A stretch of DNA of 58,472 nucleotides, the filler included, from Sphacelaria rigidula (lineage: Eukaryota): NCBI GenBank assembly GCA_964200075.2. It is 5 parts of 5 records of this genome, joined end to end, with 100 filler letters (N's around TTAATTAATTAA, not from the genome) between each part and the next. Parts side by side here need not be neighbours in the genome. Positions count along the whole stretch, not along the records: positions 23,432 to 35,045 come from CAXNAA020004702.1; positions 35,146 to 46,759 come from CAXNAA020004703.1; 3 more parts are not named here. One strand, written 5' to 3'. The notes beneath the pieces are model-generated. The model saw only the letters and a list, made by a program, of their open reading frames with translations, searched no databases and had not been told where the DNA came from. The position numbers were made by a program, and so were the translations under genes. The number at the start of each line of letters is the position of its first letter. Within the stretch, counting starts at the first letter, position 1. Shown piece after piece: positions 24,578 to 36,731 of the stretch.

Positions 24578-24716
24578 CACACCCCGGACAATAAAGTACG
24601 CAAGTAAAATAATGTACAGCGTACAGTATCGACTATCGCGCCTATTGCAACAGACAATAGATTCCATACTGTACGCAGTACATTATTTGACAACAGAATC
24701 TCTTGTCCAGGGTGTG
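24578..24716. mobile_element. 139-bp MITE with CAC termini (CACTA/EnSpm-like)
   Basis: TIRs CACACCCCGGACAA / TTGTCCAGGGTGTG, AA on both flanks; related copies at 35289-35395, ~25000-25160 and ~56860-56977. Confidence 0.7.
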
Positions 24717-24769
24717 AACAATAACAACAACGAAAGTGATGAAAAAAAAAAAAACGGTGTCTCGGTCAC

Positions 24770-24891
24770 CTTATGCGCAGCGAGAGACGCGCACGATTGA
24801 CACAGTCCGTGCAAGGCTCGAGCGTTCCCCGTCTTGAGCAAATCTACCGACTGCGAGAAGTGCTTTCGCGCGCGCATCAGGTTGTCCACGC
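24770..24891 (-). CDS. EMC2: Internal exon of ER membrane complex subunit 2 (TPR protein)
   Basis: cgcag / GTGACC, 122 nt; GVDNLMRARKHFSQSVDLLKTGNARALHGLCQSCASLAAHK resembles the EMC2/TTC35 C-terminal GxxNL..ARKxF......N.RALxGL motif. Confidence 0.75.
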
Positions 24892-25340
24892 CTGCGTCGT
24901 CCATTGGCAAGGGGTGTACGCCAGTCAGATGAAATAATTGAGTGGCTGATGTGTTGATTGTTGCAAACCGTAGACAGTATATGGTCAGTAGTTGCAATAG
25001 ACAATAATTGTACCACGTAAAGTATAGGCCCATTGCAACTTTTGTCGTATATAGGCCTATTGCAACTATTGTCCGCCGACATTACATGTAATGGGTCTGT
25101 ACTAGGCAGTACATTTTTGTTGTCTATTAGAACTGTTGACCGTAAATTGTCCACGGTGTGGAAAGTTGCACGTCAACTTATCCTTCACGAATACAGCTGC
25201 GGTCAGTTACAAGATACACGTAAACAAGGAAAGCCAATCGAAACTCTCGCCGAGCGGATTCCAGAAAGGGGAGAGATGGGAACGGAAGCAGAGAATAGAT
25301 ACAATGAAGCGAGAACAGAAAAAAAAAACGGGACCAACGT

Positions 25341-25390
<50 letters not shown>

Positions 25391-25406
25391 ACAACAACAA
25401 CAACAA
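25341..25406 (+). repeat. (CAACAG)n(CAA)n compound microsatellite
   Basis: Directly visible. Confidence 0.95.
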
Positions 25407-25974
25407 TGGCCTCCAGTGAGGGCAGTCGTGAAAAAGTAAAAAAATAAACACGAACAAGGCCTTGAAAAAAGGTTGCGACTCAGCCACCTGGGGACCACAC
25501 CACATGAGCAGGAACTCTTACCCACGAGCTATGCACGGGCATGTCAGATGCCAACCGTTTCATCCCAAATACCGGGGGGAACTATCGGTACCTACATAAC
25601 GCATCAGGGTCCTACACCCATACAATCATTAGAATGCGTTGAATAACCGTGAAATACTTGAATCCTCCTCACTTCGTTAGCCGTGAACACTCAAACCGTT
25701 TTCCACCACAACAGATTTTCGGATTTTCACCGCAGGGGGGAAACCGTATACAAGAAGAACCAACACACGGACTGGTTCGCCAACATAAAACACATGGACT
25801 CAAGTGTACGCTCCGCGGTCGAGCGGTCCAGCTGGATCACACAAGGACAGGGAACAAGGTCCGGCATCTCTACATAGAAGACACCAAGAGCTTTTGTCGC
25901 ACAAACTCTACCGTGCTTCCATCATTCTCTCCTACACGATACTGTGATCTGGATCATGACCATGATTCGTTCAA

Positions 25975-26076
25975 GCCTTGGACCGCGGTGCGGGTAGTCC
26001 ATTTGGATCGCGCATACTTTTTTCAAATGAAAGTTGACGCCGATTCAGCAGGTGGCCTACCTTCGCGGTCTAAGGG
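25975..26076. mobile_element. piggyBac-like MITE, degenerate copy
   Basis: CCTTGGACCGCG...CGCGGTCTAAGGG, homologous to 34550-34646. Confidence 0.7.
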
Positions 26077-26131
26077 CGAACTACTCTCTTACCCAAAGTA
26101 TCCAGTATCCTAGAGGGAGGGAAGGGGGGGG

Positions 26132-26410
26132 GCGTACTCATTTGTTGCTTGCCTTAGTCATTTGACCATTGACCACGCATCCCTTTCGAGCCTGNNNNNN
26201 TTTTCGTTTTCTGTAGGTGTGCCTCGGTTGACCTTTGACGAGGCGTAGGTGTTGTGAGGGGATGGGGGGGGGGGGGGGTTACTCATTTATTGCCTGCCTT
26301 AGTCATTTGACCATTGACCACGTATCCCTTTCGAGAAGGGGCACCGTTCCTACTCCTACTAGAGACACCTCCAATGTTCGGGCGCTCACTACGTTTCTTC
26401 CGTACATTTG
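26132..26410 (-). mobile_element. Two family B LINE 3' fragments (26132-26190, 26279-26410), each abutting a G run
   Basis: G-run followed by (c/t)(g/t)tactcattt.ttgc.tgccttagtcatttgaccattgaccacg.atccctttcgag. Confidence 0.85.
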
Positions 26411-27079
26411 ACCACGGCTGGATACCTGGGGGGTCAGTTAAAGTGCGAAAATCAATCAGTCAATCAGATCAAAATTACACAGAAACCTGTTACATGGGGG
26501 GGTAGGGGGAAGAAGAGAGGAGGGGATGAGATTCGTCAGCCTTGCTATTGACAGGCCTTGAAGCCCGAAAGATGTTCATTACTAAGCCCTGCCGACCGCA
26601 CACGCGGGGTCCTCCACACAGAAGAACGATCTGCGCCCCCCTCCCCGCCCCCGCCCGAGGGATACTCAGTTCGCTCTTCGTCGGGGTTTAGGTTGACAAG
26701 GCAAGGGTTGCCGGTTCGACTCTAGGGAGGAGGGCGCGAAAGCAACAGTTACCAGTGGTATAGGTTACGCAGTATATTTGTACGGGCTAGGGGAAGGGAA
26801 GAAAGGAGAGCACCCCTACCACCTTGCTTTTGAAAATCAGATGTGGTGCGCACGATTCGTATCATTTTTTTCCATCGTTGTACCTCATGTATATACATGT
26901 CGGGTGTTGGGGAAAGAAGGGGGGGGGGGGGGGGTTCTTATTTTTTTCTTGCCTGTGTTGGTGGACCGTTGCAAAGGCATCCCTTCTGGGCCCAAACCCN
27001 NNNNNNNNNTTTTTTTAGCATTGTTGGCACTGTGGGATTAAGATGTGGGGGGTTGGGGAAGGGGGGGGGGGGGGGGGGG

Positions 27080-27720
27080 CGTACTCATTTATTGCTTGCC
27101 TTAGTCGCTTGACCATTGACCAGGCATCCCTTTCGAGACGAAGCACCGTTCCTACTTCTAATAGAGACACCTCCAACATTCCGGCGCTCATTACGTTTCT
27201 TCCATACATTACACAAAAACCTCTCACATATCTTATCCCCGTCCTGTTCCGCCGTCTCTGGCCACCATTCATCTCCTAGTACAGCCATCGTTTTTTTCCT
27301 ACTGTCCAATGCATCAAACGATTTCATGCCACCTTCGTTCACGTCCCGCATTTCCCCTTCTAGCACGTCCCCTTCCTTGTATAGTTCACATTTTGCCACT
27401 ACATGACTTTTGCTCTCTGTTGCTTTGCCAGGGCGGCAATTCTGTCCATCTACTTCCTCCTCCTTTCGACGACTGGTATACCTCTTTCTCCTTCCTGGCA
27501 GGTCCAGGTCCCCCACCCGAAATAGCAGTCTCATATTTTTCGAAGCGTCCATTGGCCCATGCAAATATGCTTTTATTCCGATCCCCTCTCTCAACCCCCC
27601 GCATATCTTCAGGTGTTCTTCTTCGTCTACTTTGCGACTGAGCGCTCCTTTCCCCCTTATTTCTATCATGTCTCTTACCTTTGTTTTGTACCCCGCGCCA
27701 TCTATGGACATGATTTCGTC
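27080..27720 (-). mobile_element. Family B non-LTR retrotransposon (LINE), 5'-truncated, ORF C-terminus
   Basis: ORF with LLFRVGDLDL, a degenerate CCHC-type region (C...ES..HVV..C), ending GCLVNGQATKASNK*; stop followed by GTACG and ~C19; G runs on both flanks. Confidence 0.85.
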
Positions 27721-28666
27721 TTTGGGGGGGCGGGGGGGGGGGGGAGAATAGGCGTAGATTCACAGCGTAGGTGTGGGAACACATTCGGTTTGGTGTGCGC
27801 TGCAATCCTCTCGGAGTAAGGCAAGTTTCGTCGAGATTGCAAAATATGCCAAACCTGTTTCAGTCGAGAATCGGCGCTGAGCGGCCAAAATAGGCATTTT
27901 TCGGACAGACTTTATTCGTACCCGGATGGAGAGGCCTCAGATTATCCGTGGTTAACCCTTGACTACAAATCCCCACATATGGAATCAGATAGACTACGCC
28001 ACATTTTAGGGGGTTCAGAACAGCTGTTCTTGCGCTAGATAAAACGCCTTTTCTCATTCAACATTGCATGTTGGGCACCTAAATAGAAGGAGAACCCCCG
28101 ACCTTTTTCTACCTTGCAGTGTATGGGGTGCATAGTCAGTATGTGTGCGGTATGCCTTCGCTAGATACAACGGGTAAGAAACAGTCAGCGTGCCATCGCT
28201 CTTCACTGAAACAGTCTACTGCATGCTGCTGATGTCTCTGCTCAGCGATCCGTAACAACACTATAGCCAGTGTAAAGCTATGCTGGCAACACAAGAGGGG
28301 GAGAGGCAGGCGACGATGACAACGAGCAGAGTAAAAACACGTTGTTTTTGCCCATTTTATTTATGGTAAATCGTCATGAAAACAATGAGAAATACGGCAA
28401 GGCGGCGAGGTAGTCTACCTGCAGTCCATCTGTAGGAGAACAACTGATCATTCTGACCAATTACAGCTACGAAGATTGTTACTCCGCTCCTCTCGGGCGT
28501 CGTTCCTGGCTTAGAACTTTCAGTGGGAAACTTCCAACACACATGGTTGACTGAGTGAGCTTTTCGCGTGAACATGCCTCCACACCCCTGTGAACCCCCC
28601 CGTCCCTCGCCCCTTGGCTGTGGAAACACGAGTTCGATTCTCGAATTGGACATTCGTTACTTTTTA

Positions 28667-28775
28667 CGAGCCTGGTCCGGCGACAACCCGGCGTGCTCCG
28701 CCCCGGCTTTGTAGGGATGCGAGGTCAATGGTCTGATGACTACGGCATCCAAGATCATGAGTACACCCCGCCCCC
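28667..28775 (+). mobile_element. Family A 3' fragment plus C-rich tail
   Basis: ...ggtcaatggtctgatgactacggcatccaagatcatgagtacaCCCCGCCCCC. Confidence 0.85.
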
Positions 28776-31700
28776 TGAAAACCTCCGGATATCCCTGGAC
28801 TGTCAGCCTGTGAAACTGTTCCGAGGCGACGCTCGCCGTCTAAGGCTTGAAATGAAAACCAGGGCATCCCTTCCTATCCGTTCAGCGTATGAGGTGCAGG
28901 CGTGTGTGCAACACTGCGTGATGGCCGCATTTCAGGTACGAGTAGGCCGCGGATTGTTGCTGCGGCGTTCCCGAAGGCGTTTTTTTGGCTCACCTCCCAC
29001 AGATAGGGGTAACTCAACGTGAATTCAAACATCTTCGCGCGGAAGCGCGATTATGACCGAGCGTTTGAAAATCGCCACTGGGCAAACATCGAGGACCCAC
29101 CCGAAATCAGGGAAAGAACTATCGAATGGGACATGTCCTGTATCACTGTGCTGCAGCACAAACACACTCATGCTCCATTTTGTTTCCTGTAGCTGTCGCT
29201 GCGCTGTGGCGTCTTCAGGCCTTGTGGAGATGGTTTGATCTCTGCTGAGAGTGCCTGAGTTACTTCATATTGTCATTCCGTTTGTCTCTATGAAAAATAA
29301 TGTTGTCGGCACGCACTGCTCCCTACACACCGTTGAAACGTTCATGGTGTGTTGGCTGTTTTGTCTCGAGTCAAGGGAATGAGGCGCTCCCCAAACCCAT
29401 CATTTCTATGTTGTAGTTGTCGCTGTGCTGTTGGGCATCTAAACACTTTACGACAATCACGGTGCGATGTGCACTGGAGAGTGCCTGAGCAGTTGTACTA
29501 CTGCTGCATGCTGTGTTTCGGGCTGCACAAAATTGGGGTGGGATCAAGGTGCTGTCGAAACATGGAAAGGTTGACACAATCGTCACGTGACGGCTGTACA
29601 GCTGTCTGTTGAGTCTTCTCTGGTACTGCGGTTATAGTCGGGTGCTGTGACCGGGGAAGACACGCCAGGCGGGTGCGTGCAGGTCGGGACAAACAAACTG
29701 AGCCAGCACGGAGCTGCTGTATCTTCGTTTATTGATGGTTGCAGCTGTCTGTGTCGCAGCGGCGCAATGCGTGGGCCAATCAAAGCTACTTGTTAAGTCA
29801 TATTCCCTTCGTTTTTCTCATCTGATTGAAGAAAGGTCGCCGCATTTTGGTGTATTTGAAGACTAGGATTGGTCGAAAAACCTTCCTCTCATACCCTCGT
29901 ACAGTGATAGGCTTGAAGAGAACTCATTACGTAGTGATTTCTGGGGGTCGCAACAATGCAACAACTATCTGCGTGATGACCTCCAAAGCTAAATCCCGGG
30001 CCCAGACTCTACAGGTAGTCAACCCCTACAGTAGCAGAACTCCAGCCCAAACCCAACACTTGGGCAGACCGAGGACCCTTGGGCAAGGAGGTACATACGG
30101 CACCCTAGGCAAAACATGTGTTAGCCGGCTCAGATCGGCGCTGTGCCTCGAATCAGCGCCGTTCCTCGCCGATTTGTGAGCAAAAACGCATGCTGCCCAC
30201 GCTCTGGCGAGAGCCTGGATTTGTCAACCCCTAAAGATATGACTTGCAGTCTCAACACTTGCTCCCAAGCAAAGCAGCTACAGGTGTATTCAACGACAAA
30301 GCCTAAACCTGAACCCTTAAACCCTGAACCTCTACGCATACTGCTGTACCGCGTGAAAACCTGGATCGCTCGAACCCTGTCTCTCGGTCATGTTTTAGGC
30401 ATGTACAGTACAGTGAAATAGAGTACAGTAGAGTACAGTAGGTTACGAGTACAGGAGAGAGTACAGTAGAGTACCTGAAGAGTCGTCTCACTTCAGCATA
30501 GCAGCACACCGGTGAACGTAGAACTACTGTTGTGCTACAACAGCATATACAGGGGAGGGCATTATCGCTTGTGCATTTACATCAGCACGTGAGACTTAGC
30601 TCAACTACCTGGGCACCCAGTAGCAGCGATGTGATGAAAACCTGAAACATTTCACCTGCTGATCGCTTTCCCTCAGTCTCGTCTCCCCCGCATCGGCACT
30701 GCTGGACCTCATCGTCACAACCTGCCCCGTGCGGACGGAATTCCGGCCTACCGTATGTAACGTTATATAACACCCTCTTTACGCTACCCTCTTCCGGGAG
30801 GGTGGCTAGTTTTTGCACCTTGAAGACTCTTTGGCACTACCGAGGTACTATATCTCGACAATCACAAGATCTTATTCGGGAGATTTCTCATAGACCGAAG
30901 ATTCGGCTGCACGGCTGCGGGCTGAGTGGTCGCCTCCGCTTTCAAGAAAATCTCGGCGGAAACACTTACCCTCTGGGGTGTTACGCCTCCGCGGGGTGTT
31001 CCGCTTCGGGAGCTGTACAAAAGACAGAAGCAAATGCGTAGATGCGGCGGCGGGATCTGCTGTCCGTTCTAGATGCAAGTTTTGAGCTCCTTGTTGAGTA
31101 TCCTCAACTATCCCAATTTGATATCCTTCAAGGTTAGACGAATCATCCACTTGTGTCGCCTGTCGCCGCCAATGCTACGCGAGGTTGGGAGGCAAATCTC
31201 TAAAGTAGAGACCTACTTTTTTGCTACGCACAGCCCCTTGATTATTATTATTTTGCCTGTAATCTGGGCGGTCTCGAAACACAACAGTGAAGCACTCGCG
31301 TCAGGAAGGATCACTACTCTGCATCCAGGTAAGCTATGTTTCGGAATCATCGCTTTTGACTGTTCGATGTTCTACATGAGTTGTGTTGGGAGCTATAAAC
31401 CTCTGCTGTCTCCTCTATAACTGTCCGTATACGGCATTGGAAAGAAGGATAGCGAGTCGGGTCTCTTTTTTTTCGGGTAAAAGTAGCTTCTCTGTTCATC
31501 CCAATGATCCTCCCAGGAAGAAAGCGACATCGTTGACGTTGCTACAGGAGTACAGGAGTATTAGCACGTGCAGTACAACAGTATGTCGGACAATATAATA
31601 CGGCAGTACAGTCAGTACAGGACCGGGGGACAAGGAGAGATGGTGGGGAGGTTCGACCGTCATGTGCTGAAGGTCCCACGATGGGAACTGCAAAGGATTC

Positions 31701-33189
31701 GTACGATGAATCCCGCGCACGCCAGCAACACAGCGAGAGCTGTTTTCCCCCTTTTACCATCCCACCGTATTTATCTCCCAAGACACTTGCCAGAAATCAA
31801 AATTCGCCTGATTTGTTGCTCCGCATGAAAGAAACACTGGACCAACCAGCAAGCACGGGGGGGGGGGGAGATGGGCTTTCAAAAGGGCGTTCGGTGGATG
31901 CAATCGACGTTTTGAATATCACAGTAAGATATGCGAAATATATGCTCTTGCAACCTCCTCGCTGATTTTGGTAGGCGAGCAATACGCAGTCAACACTGTG
32001 CGACGCGTTCAGTTCCTCACATCACTCCATCAGTGTACTAGCCGGATCCTCCACTACACCCCACAACAGAACAGCCGTATGCCGTAAATCTCCGGAGTAG
32101 TACGACTAGTACAACGGCACAGACAGTACAGTAGGCTCTCACTACAGTACAGTGGTGAGTAAGTAGTACCAGACAACTCCGAACGGATTGGCGTCGACAA
32201 AGTCAGCGAAATAATCGAGAGAGGTGGCGCAAGGTAGGCACCGACCAAGGCTCTGAGCAAGCTCTCACATCTTCGGACCCGGACGTGCAAAAACGGAAAA
32301 TCTGAAAATCTCACGTGACCATTTTTGAACCGGGCGTACAGACAGTACTTCTCACACATAATCATTTAATCATTTGAGCCACTTTGAGGAACATGGCCAC
32401 GTGCCAACAAAACAAGCGTGAAAAGACGCCGGTCGCGTGAAAAATTCTGACGATGCCATTCTCGGCCAAATTTTACGTTGTTGGATCTACGTTGGCTGTT
32501 TTTCTCATCCCCGGGCTCCATTGTTATGTCGGCCCATAGTGGGCTCGATCCTGCTTTGGTACTACTGTATTCTCCGCTAGTATACTGACTGTGTTGTCTG
32601 TGTTGTCGAGGTTGTGCGAGTACCTGGCCGTTGTAGAAGAGCTGACCAATTACTGTGTGTTTTTGAACGTACTACGATATTGTAAATACTGCGCTGGACT
32701 GACTGTAGCTATCATGAACAGTCCGATCTCTGGGTTGCTGACGTGTCACGCACGTCTTCCGATCAACGCGTCCCATGTGTGTGTGTGTTCTGTTGTGTGT
32801 AGCGTGGACAAAACGCGTATCCGAACGGTGAGTTATGTCTTCGACGTTGAATCCAAGCCAAGCCCTCCTGGCAAATAATGCAGAGAGGTCGCCGTGCTGG
32901 CCGTGCAGATCCGCCGATCTCCTGGAACATTTTTAATCAATTCGTGATGAACGAAAGAAGTTTCATTGAGCGACTTTTCGAAGGTTGGTCGCTCTTTTTT
33001 TTGGAGTATGACCGATTAAACGTAATGAAACGTGGTATTTTGTGCCTCCAGTCGAGCTCCAGTAGACAAAAAAAAAAGTACGTGAATAATATTTAGTTAC
33101 TCGATTTCAGACTGAAGAGAGTTCATGGAAAATATATTATTTGGGGCAGGTGAGCAGTGGTGAGCAGTATTGTAGACCCAGCTCGTCCA

Positions 33190-33350
33190 GAACGTGTTTT
33201 GGTCCAAAATCGGTCCAAAATCGACTCAAAGGCGTCGATTGGAGCTCTGGCAACGCACACTCTGCCTGTGAGACACTCTACATCCCCCTTGCTCGAGGGT
33301 TCTCGGCATGCTTTGGTCGGGGTTAGGGTAAGGGTTAGCGTTAGGGTTGG
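33190..33350 (+). repeat. Family D repeat with GGGTTA-like units
   Basis: GGGTTAGGGTAAGGGTTAGCGTTAGGGTT at ~33320-33348 inside a body shared with 13635-13775 and 30050-30210. Confidence 0.75.
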
Positions 33351-33405
33351 CGGCATCTCCATAGTACCAACCATTGTTCACGTACACTTTCTAAGGTCCC
33401 CTCGT

Positions 33406-33777
33406 TGTGTGCGTCGTCACCCCATCCATCTACGAGTATTCTGGACGCCAGTCTACACCTTTCGGTGTATGTGGGCGCATCAGCCGCGGTCACATGAGAG
33501 GAAGGTCATCAGGACTTTTTTCTTCTTGGTTTAGTAAGTACTCTATCCTTCCTTCTGCGGTGCTTACCTCATTGTTTTGTCGCGAAGAGGATTCAGCGGT
33601 CCCTTTCCCTCGTCGACTGTGAAGTCGAACACTGTCTACCCACGACATGGCCGCCCTCCACTGTTGGGCATGATGCGAGAAAGAAGCCCAGATCGTGTGA
33701 CCTCACCAAGATTTGAGCCCACGTTACAACCGTCATGAGGTTTCGAGGTTACCAACTTAGCCACCGGGGCGACCGGC
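33406..33777 (-). mobile_element. tRNA-derived SINE, full length (~370 bp)
   Basis: Minus strand begins GCCGGTCGCCCCGGTGGCTAAGTTGG (A box) with GGGCTCAAATC (B-box-like); short CA-rich tail. Confidence 0.82.
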
Positions 33778-34549
33778 TCCGATCGAAAATATATGTCTGT
33801 ATGTACGCCTGTCGGTTAGCCCACTCGCCCGTTTTACGGTATCCTGCTAGCTACAGCAGCATTCCACGGGCAAATCCCTCTCTTTCTGTATGTATGTGCC
33901 ACCACCGCACGTACCGTTCATAGTTTTGAACGAGGTTTGGAGCACATGAGTCCCCAAAAGGTTGGTTGCGCTACGAGCTGGGCCAGCCAACAACGGGCAG
34001 TTTTTTCGCTTAGGCGACGCACGGCGTAAAATTAGGAGTTGGACGCTGAAATTTTGACAGCAGCTTATTATGATCGGCATGCAAAATATGGCAAGAGCAG
34101 CAAAGAAAAAAGAAGGAAGTCATGAGGATTTGAAATTTCAGTAAAAACACGAAAATGTCATGAGTCCAGGAACAAAATGAGAATCTGCAGCTGCTCCTGG
34201 GATGTATCATTTCCCTGGATGCAGGAAGTCTGTGTGAAATCTGGGCCGTGCGTGCAAGCAACGTTTTGCGTGACGCTGCTGCACCCCACCCATACCCGGT
34301 GCGGGGTGATTGCTGACGTGAACCCACCGCATTAAAAAGAAAACACTCCGACACGCTATCGCCCAACGATATGAGACGCACCCCGTACTCTACGCGGTAG
34401 AATAACGTCATCGGCAAGGCGACGCCAATCGAACAGCAACGCAGTCCTATGTCATCAGGTGGGTCTGCAGTTCACAGTGATGTGCTTACATCGGGATCAT
34501 TCGGGAAACTGGGAAAGCTGTGGTGTGAGCAACTTTCAGCCGCTTTTAA

Positions 34550-34646
34550 TCCTTAGACCGCGAGATTAGTCTTTCTGGATCATGCATACTTTTTCCACTT
34601 GAGATTGATGCCGATTCAACAGAAGACTAACCTCGCGGTCTAAGGG
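34550..34646. mobile_element. 97-bp piggyBac-like MITE
   Basis: TTAA on both sides (34546-34549, 34647-34650); TIRs TCCTTAGACCGCGAGATTAGTCTT / AAGACTAACCTCGCGGTCTAAGGG. Confidence 0.82.
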
Positions 34647-34734
34647 TTAAGCTGGCCCGGGTCGTGGTGTTTTGTCGGACGACTTTGACTAGTCAGGCCA
34701 AGTGACACAATCCACCACAACGTGTATTTCGTAG

Positions 34735-34900
34735 AGTCATGATTGATCGGTTGGTCGATCCATGAATAGATCCATTGTGGGACCATAACAGATCCCCCAG
34801 GTAGTCATGATCCAGCCGCGGTCATTATCCATATGATATCACGTACCCGGGACAAAACAAAATGCAAACACTCGCTGAAGAGAAGTTAGGAAAAATAAAC
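34735..34900 (-). repeat. Family C retroposon 3' end with (AATC)n-like tail
   Basis: gggtacg..atc...ataatgaccrcggctgga...caatcaatc shared with 26410-26473, 45310-45410, 53790-53915 and 58150-58270. Confidence 0.6.
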
Positions 34901-35045
34901 GGCAGAAGATATAGAACGGGCAACAGTAGACCAAAAAACAACCCCCAAGAAAAGTAAAGAAGAAAACAAAGCAAGGGTCGGACAAATAATGAGTCGTCTG
35001 GAAATTACTTGATTTTAGTATTATTGATTCGACTCGTGACAAATC

Positions 35046-35145
35046 NNNNNNNNNNNNNNNNNNNNNNNNNNNNNNNNNNNNNNNNNNNNTTAATTAATTA
35101 ANNNNNNNNNNNNNNNNNNNNNNNNNNNNNNNNNNNNNNNNNNNN
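35046..35145. other. Artificial contig spacer
   Basis: N44-TTAATTAATTAA-N44. Confidence 0.97.
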
Positions 35146-36473
35146 TTTAAAGGTAATTTGCAAATTGTTTCGCGATTTCTCATTTTAAAAAAAAAAAACG
35201 AAGTGGAGTTTTGTGCCCCCCCCCCCCCCCACCCCCCTCTCGATCGTTGCGTCAACGATATCTCGGCGGACTGAGGTATAGACATTAACACACCCTGGAC
35301 AATAGATTATTTTGTCAAAAAATGTACTGCGTACAGCATGGAATCTTTTGTCTATTGCAATAGGCGTAATAGTCGATACTGTACGCAGTACACCTTTTGA
35401 AAGTGTATTCTTTTACCGGTGTGGACATCACCTCCGTGTTTCTGAACTACAGCAGCGACTCCGTGAACATGACAGTATGACGCACACGTTGTTACTTCTC
35501 CATGTGTCCAAAATTGATCTCAATGGTGTTTGATCTCATGCGGGAGTCCGCATCTCACCGAGGTAACTATGCCATGGACACATCTCGTTGCCCAGTTTTT
35601 TCGTAAGTGTGTGTCATCATCACTGTTGTTGTGGTCGCTGCTTCCTCTCTTATTTTCTTTTTGTGGCTGTTGTTTCCCCCTCTCTTTTTTTTCCTTTCCT
35701 CATTGTCTTATACTGCTCTTTGTTTTGTTGCTTCTTACCACGGGCTGGATTATTGCAATAAGCTCATGTGAGATAATCAGATAATCATCTCGTTGCCCAG
35801 TCGTCATTAAACTCTACCAAATGCTAGACTTTCAATCTGGCGAGAGGGTTCTACAATATAGTGTACTGTTTGAAAATATTATGTTTTAAGGCGGCGACGT
35901 GCTGCTGATGGTGACTCGTACACGAATACCCACCACTCAAAGCACATGCATGCCAACGGTCTCTTACAAGCTCCTGACAATATCATGTGCTTACAGCTAC
36001 ACGTTGATGTATCCTACTCAGGGATATCGGAGGCTTCAGTGGCAAGCTACTACAGAAAGCGTTCAAGGCTCGTGTAAGCCCTGGAGAGGCATTTCGTCAT
36101 TGAACCTGTTTCAGGCACTCATCGACCATTTCAGGGAATCTGGAGTTCTAGATTCCTGCCGATTGAGTAGGCCAATGGGGATTTAGACGTACATTGGATT
36201 CATGCCACGGGTAAGAGCTTTCATTCGAGTCACTCTTCGACTGGTTCTGCGAAAAATTCTCCCAGAAACTCCAGTTGATAGCAAGGATTCAGATTCTCTA
36301 TTCTTTCGAGTTTTCACTTTTAACCGTTTGCTAAAACACTCTGACGAAAAGGCTGTTACAGGAAATCGCCATCAGGACTTGCATGCGCATGCGTAGTCTG
36401 CTGAACAGCTGACCGACGTGGCGTAGCTAGACGAGGGTGTACCTCCTGCGGCTCGTGCGGGTGTGGTTGCGTA

Positions 36474-36731
36474 GAGCAATGCTACGGTAGGAAAGCACTT
36501 TTTTCGCGAAATTATGTCCAGTTCAGGGGCTCCTAACGATTCCATGTGCACAATAATATGGGTCAGGGCATCCTCGTTTGTAAATTCATTCAGGGATATC
36601 CTCAGCACATTGGAGGAGTAATCCTGGCGTACTTTCACATATTTTCTTAGGTCGTGTTTTGCATGAGATAAAGGGCTCCTGACAATTATAACCTCGGAAA
36701 CATTTTGTGGACCCCTACCGTAGCATCGCTC
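36474..36731 (-). mobile_element. 258-bp MITE, same family as 5750-6004
   Basis: TIRs GAGCAATGCTACGGTAGG / CCTACCGTAGCATCGCTC; internal sequence is the reverse complement of 5750-6004. Confidence 0.88.

Noticed and set aside
22784-24891. 22784-23004 as the last exon of EMC2
   Set aside because: Different contigs, incompatible phases and no EMC2 similarity.
25203-25525. Poly-Leu/Cys/Asn ORFs
   Set aside because: These are translations of the (CAACAG)/(CAA) microsatellite.
33700-33777. Functional tRNA gene
   Set aside because: The head is embedded in a repeated SINE body and no complete cloverleaf is evident.
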